From assembly GCA_040954595.2 (NCBI GenBank), contig CM082596.2:7206368-7270367 (forward strand): 64,000 nucleotides of DNA. The letters are read 5' to 3'. Made by a program: the position numbers and the translations under genes. This document shows, piece after piece, positions 61,401 to 64,000 of the stretch (position 1 is the stretch's first letter; each line of letters starts with the position of its first letter). Below the pieces are notes generated by a model. The model had not been told where the DNA came from. It saw only the letters and a list, made by a program, of their open reading frames with translations, and did no database searches. The stretch comes from Balanoglossus misakiensis (taxonomy: Eukaryota; Animalia; Hemichordata).

Positions 61401-64000
61401 CTGGTCATTTTTTGATTAAAACCATGGGTTATAGCCCATGAAAATCGTCCAGAAACCTCAATTTTTCGACTTCGCGAATTTTCAAAATCTGGTCATTTTT
61501 TGATAAAAACCATGGGTTATAGCCCATGAAAATCGTCCAGAAACCTCAATTTTTCGACTTCGCGAATTTTCAAAATCTGGTCATTTTTTGATAAAAACCA
61601 TGGGTTATAGCCCATGAAAATCGTCCAGAAACCTCAATTTTTCGACTTCGCGAATTTTCAAAATCTGGTCATTTTTTGATAAAAACCATGGGTTATAGCC
61701 CATGAAAATCGTCCAGAAACCTCAATTTTTCGACTTCGCGAATTTTCAAAATCTGGTCATTTTTTGATAAAAACCATGGGTTATAGCCCATGAAAATCGT
61801 CCAGAAACCTCAATTTTTCGACTTCGCGAATTTTCAAAATCTGGTCATTTTTTGATAAAAACCATGGGTTATAGCCCATGAAAATCGTCCAGAAACCTCA
61901 ATTTTTCGACTTCGCGAATTTTCAAAATCTGGTCATTTTTTGATAAAAACCATGGGTTATAGCCCATGAAAATCGTCCAGAAACCTCAATTTTTCGACTT
62001 CGCGAATTTTCAAAATCTGGTCATTTTTTGATAAAAACCATGGGTTATAGCCCATGAAAATCGTCCAGAAACCTCAATTTTTCGACTTCGCGAATTTTCA
62101 AAATCTGGTCATTTTTTGATAAAAACCATGGGTTATAGCCCATGAAAATCGTCCAGAAACCTCAATTTTTCGACTTCGCGAATTTTCAAAATCTGGTCAT
62201 TTTTTGATAAAAACCATGGGTTATAGCCCATGAAAATCGTCCAGAAACCTCAATTTTTCCACTTCGCGAATTTTCAAAATCTGGTCATTTTTTGATAAAA
62301 ACCATGGGTTATAGCCCATGAAAATCGTCCAGAAACCTCAATTTTTCGACTTCGCGAATTTTCAAAATCTGGTCATTTTTTGATAAAAACCATGGGTTAT
62401 AGCCCATGAAAATAGACCAGAAACCTCAATTTTTCGACTTCGCGAATTTTCAAAATCTGGTCATTTTTTGATAAAAACCATGGGTTATAGCCCATGAAAA
62501 TCGTCCAGAAACCTCAATTTTTCGACTCCGCGAATTTTCAAAATCTGGTCATTTTTTGATAAAAACCATGGGTTATAGCCCATGAAAATCGTCCAGAAAC
62601 CTCAATTTTTCGACTTCGCGAATTTTCAAAATCTGGTCATTTTTTGATAAAAACCATGGGTTATAGCCCATGAAAATCGTCCAGAAACCTCAATTTTTCG
62701 ACTTCGCGAATTTTCAAAATCTGGTCATTTTTTGATAAAAACCATGGGTTATAGCCCTTGAAAATCGTCCAGAAACCTCAATTTTTTACGACTTCGCGAA
62801 TTTTCAAAATCTGGTCATTTTGTGATAAAAACCATGGGTTATAGCCCATGAAAATCGACCAGAAACCTCAATTTTTCGACTTCGCGAATTTTCAAAATCT
62901 AGTCATTTTTTGATTAAAACCATGGGTTATAGCCCATGAAAATCGTCCAGAAACCTCAATTTTTCGACTTCGCGAATTTTCAAAATCTGGTCATTTTTTG
63001 ATAAAAACCATGGGTTATAGCCCATGAAAATCGTCCAGAAACCTCAATTTTTCGACTTCGCGAATTTTCAAAATCTGGTCATTTTTTGATAAAAACCATG
63101 GGTTATAGCCCATGAAAATCGTCCAGAAACCTCAATTTTTCGACTTCGCGAATTTTCAAAATCTGGTCATTTTTTGATAAAAACCATGGGTTATAGCCCA
63201 TGAAAATCGTCCAGAAACCTCAATTTTTCGACTTCGCGAATTTTCAAAATCTGGTCATTTTTTGATAAAAACCATGGGTTATAGCCCATGAAAATCGTCC
63301 AGAAACCTCAATTTTTCGACTTCGCGAATTTTCAAAATCTGGTCATTTTTTGATTAAAACCATGGGTTATAGCCCATGAAAATCGTCCAGAAACCTCAAT
63401 TTTTCGACTTCGCGAATTTTCAAAATCTGGTCATTTTTTGATTAAAACCATGGGTTATAGCCCATGAAAATCGTCCAGAAACCTCAATTTTTCGACTTCG
63501 CGAATTTTCAAAATCTGGTCATTTTTTGATAAAAACCATGGGTTATAGCCCATGAAAATCGTCCAGAAACCTCAATTTTTCGACTTCGCGAATTTTCAAA
63601 ATCTGGTCATTTTTTGATAAAAACCATGGGTTATAGCCCATGAAAATCGTCCAGAAACCTCAATTTTTCGACTTCGCGAATTTTCAAAATCTGGTCATTT
63701 TTTGATAAAAACCATGGGTTATAGCCCATGAAAATCGTCCAGAAACCTCAATTTTTCGACTTCGCGAATTTTCAAAATCTGGTCATTTTTTGATAAAAAC
63801 CATGGGTTATAGCCCATGAAAATCGTCCAGAAACCTCAATTTTTCGACTTCGCGAATTTTCAAAATCTGGTCATTTTTTGATAAAAACCATGGGTTATAG
63901 CCCATGAAAATCGTCCAGAAACCTCAATTTTTCGACTTCGCGAATTTTCAAAATCTGGTCATTTTTTGATAAAAACCATGGGTTATAGCCCATGAAAATC
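55432..64000 (+). repeat. 88-bp satellite, subfamily A (about 97 units; runs off the window end)
   Basis: Unit AAAAACCATGGGTTATAGCCCATGAAAATCGTCCAGAAACCTCAATTTTTCGACTTCGCGAATTTTCAAAATCTGGTCATTTTTTGAT. CCATGG recurs at 55525, 55613 and onward (period 88); highly homogeneous. Confidence 0.99.

Noticed and set aside
54871-64000. CRISPR-like array
   Set aside because: Units are contiguous and near-identical with no unique spacers, there are no cas genes, and the context is eukaryotic; it is satellite DNA.

Overview
Intron-rich animal DNA from an invertebrate bilaterian (possibly a hemichordate-like deuterostome; this is inference from gene and repeat style only). From left to right: the last coding exon of a Vsx/Chx10 homeobox gene; about 9 kb of CpG-rich non-coding DNA containing a single, somewhat variant U1 snRNA gene; a head-to-head pair of cytoplasmic tryptophanyl-tRNA synthetase (WARS, minus strand, 9 exons) and WDR25 (plus, 5 exons); a complete MARK/Par-1 kinase (plus, 15 core exons, about 770 aa); a BEGAIN/TJAP1-family coiled-coil gene (plus, 6 coding exons, about 484 aa); a short ~46-bp tandem repeat; and an 88-bp satellite array filling the last 9.1 kb. 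Several short non-autonomous DNA-transposon (MITE) families sit in introns and UTRs. Most interesting observations: (1) four unannotated frame-preserving 12-18 nt microexon candidates in the MARK spacer region; (2) gene neighbourhood matching human 14q (WARS1-WDR25-BEGAIN, plus MARK3 and VSX2); (3) an orientation switch between two satellite subfamilies that forms a ~1.1-kb quasi-palindrome, plus nascent higher-order repeats; (4) long hairpin MITEs just downstream of the WDR25 stop codon. All gene models were spliced by eye and no database search was run.
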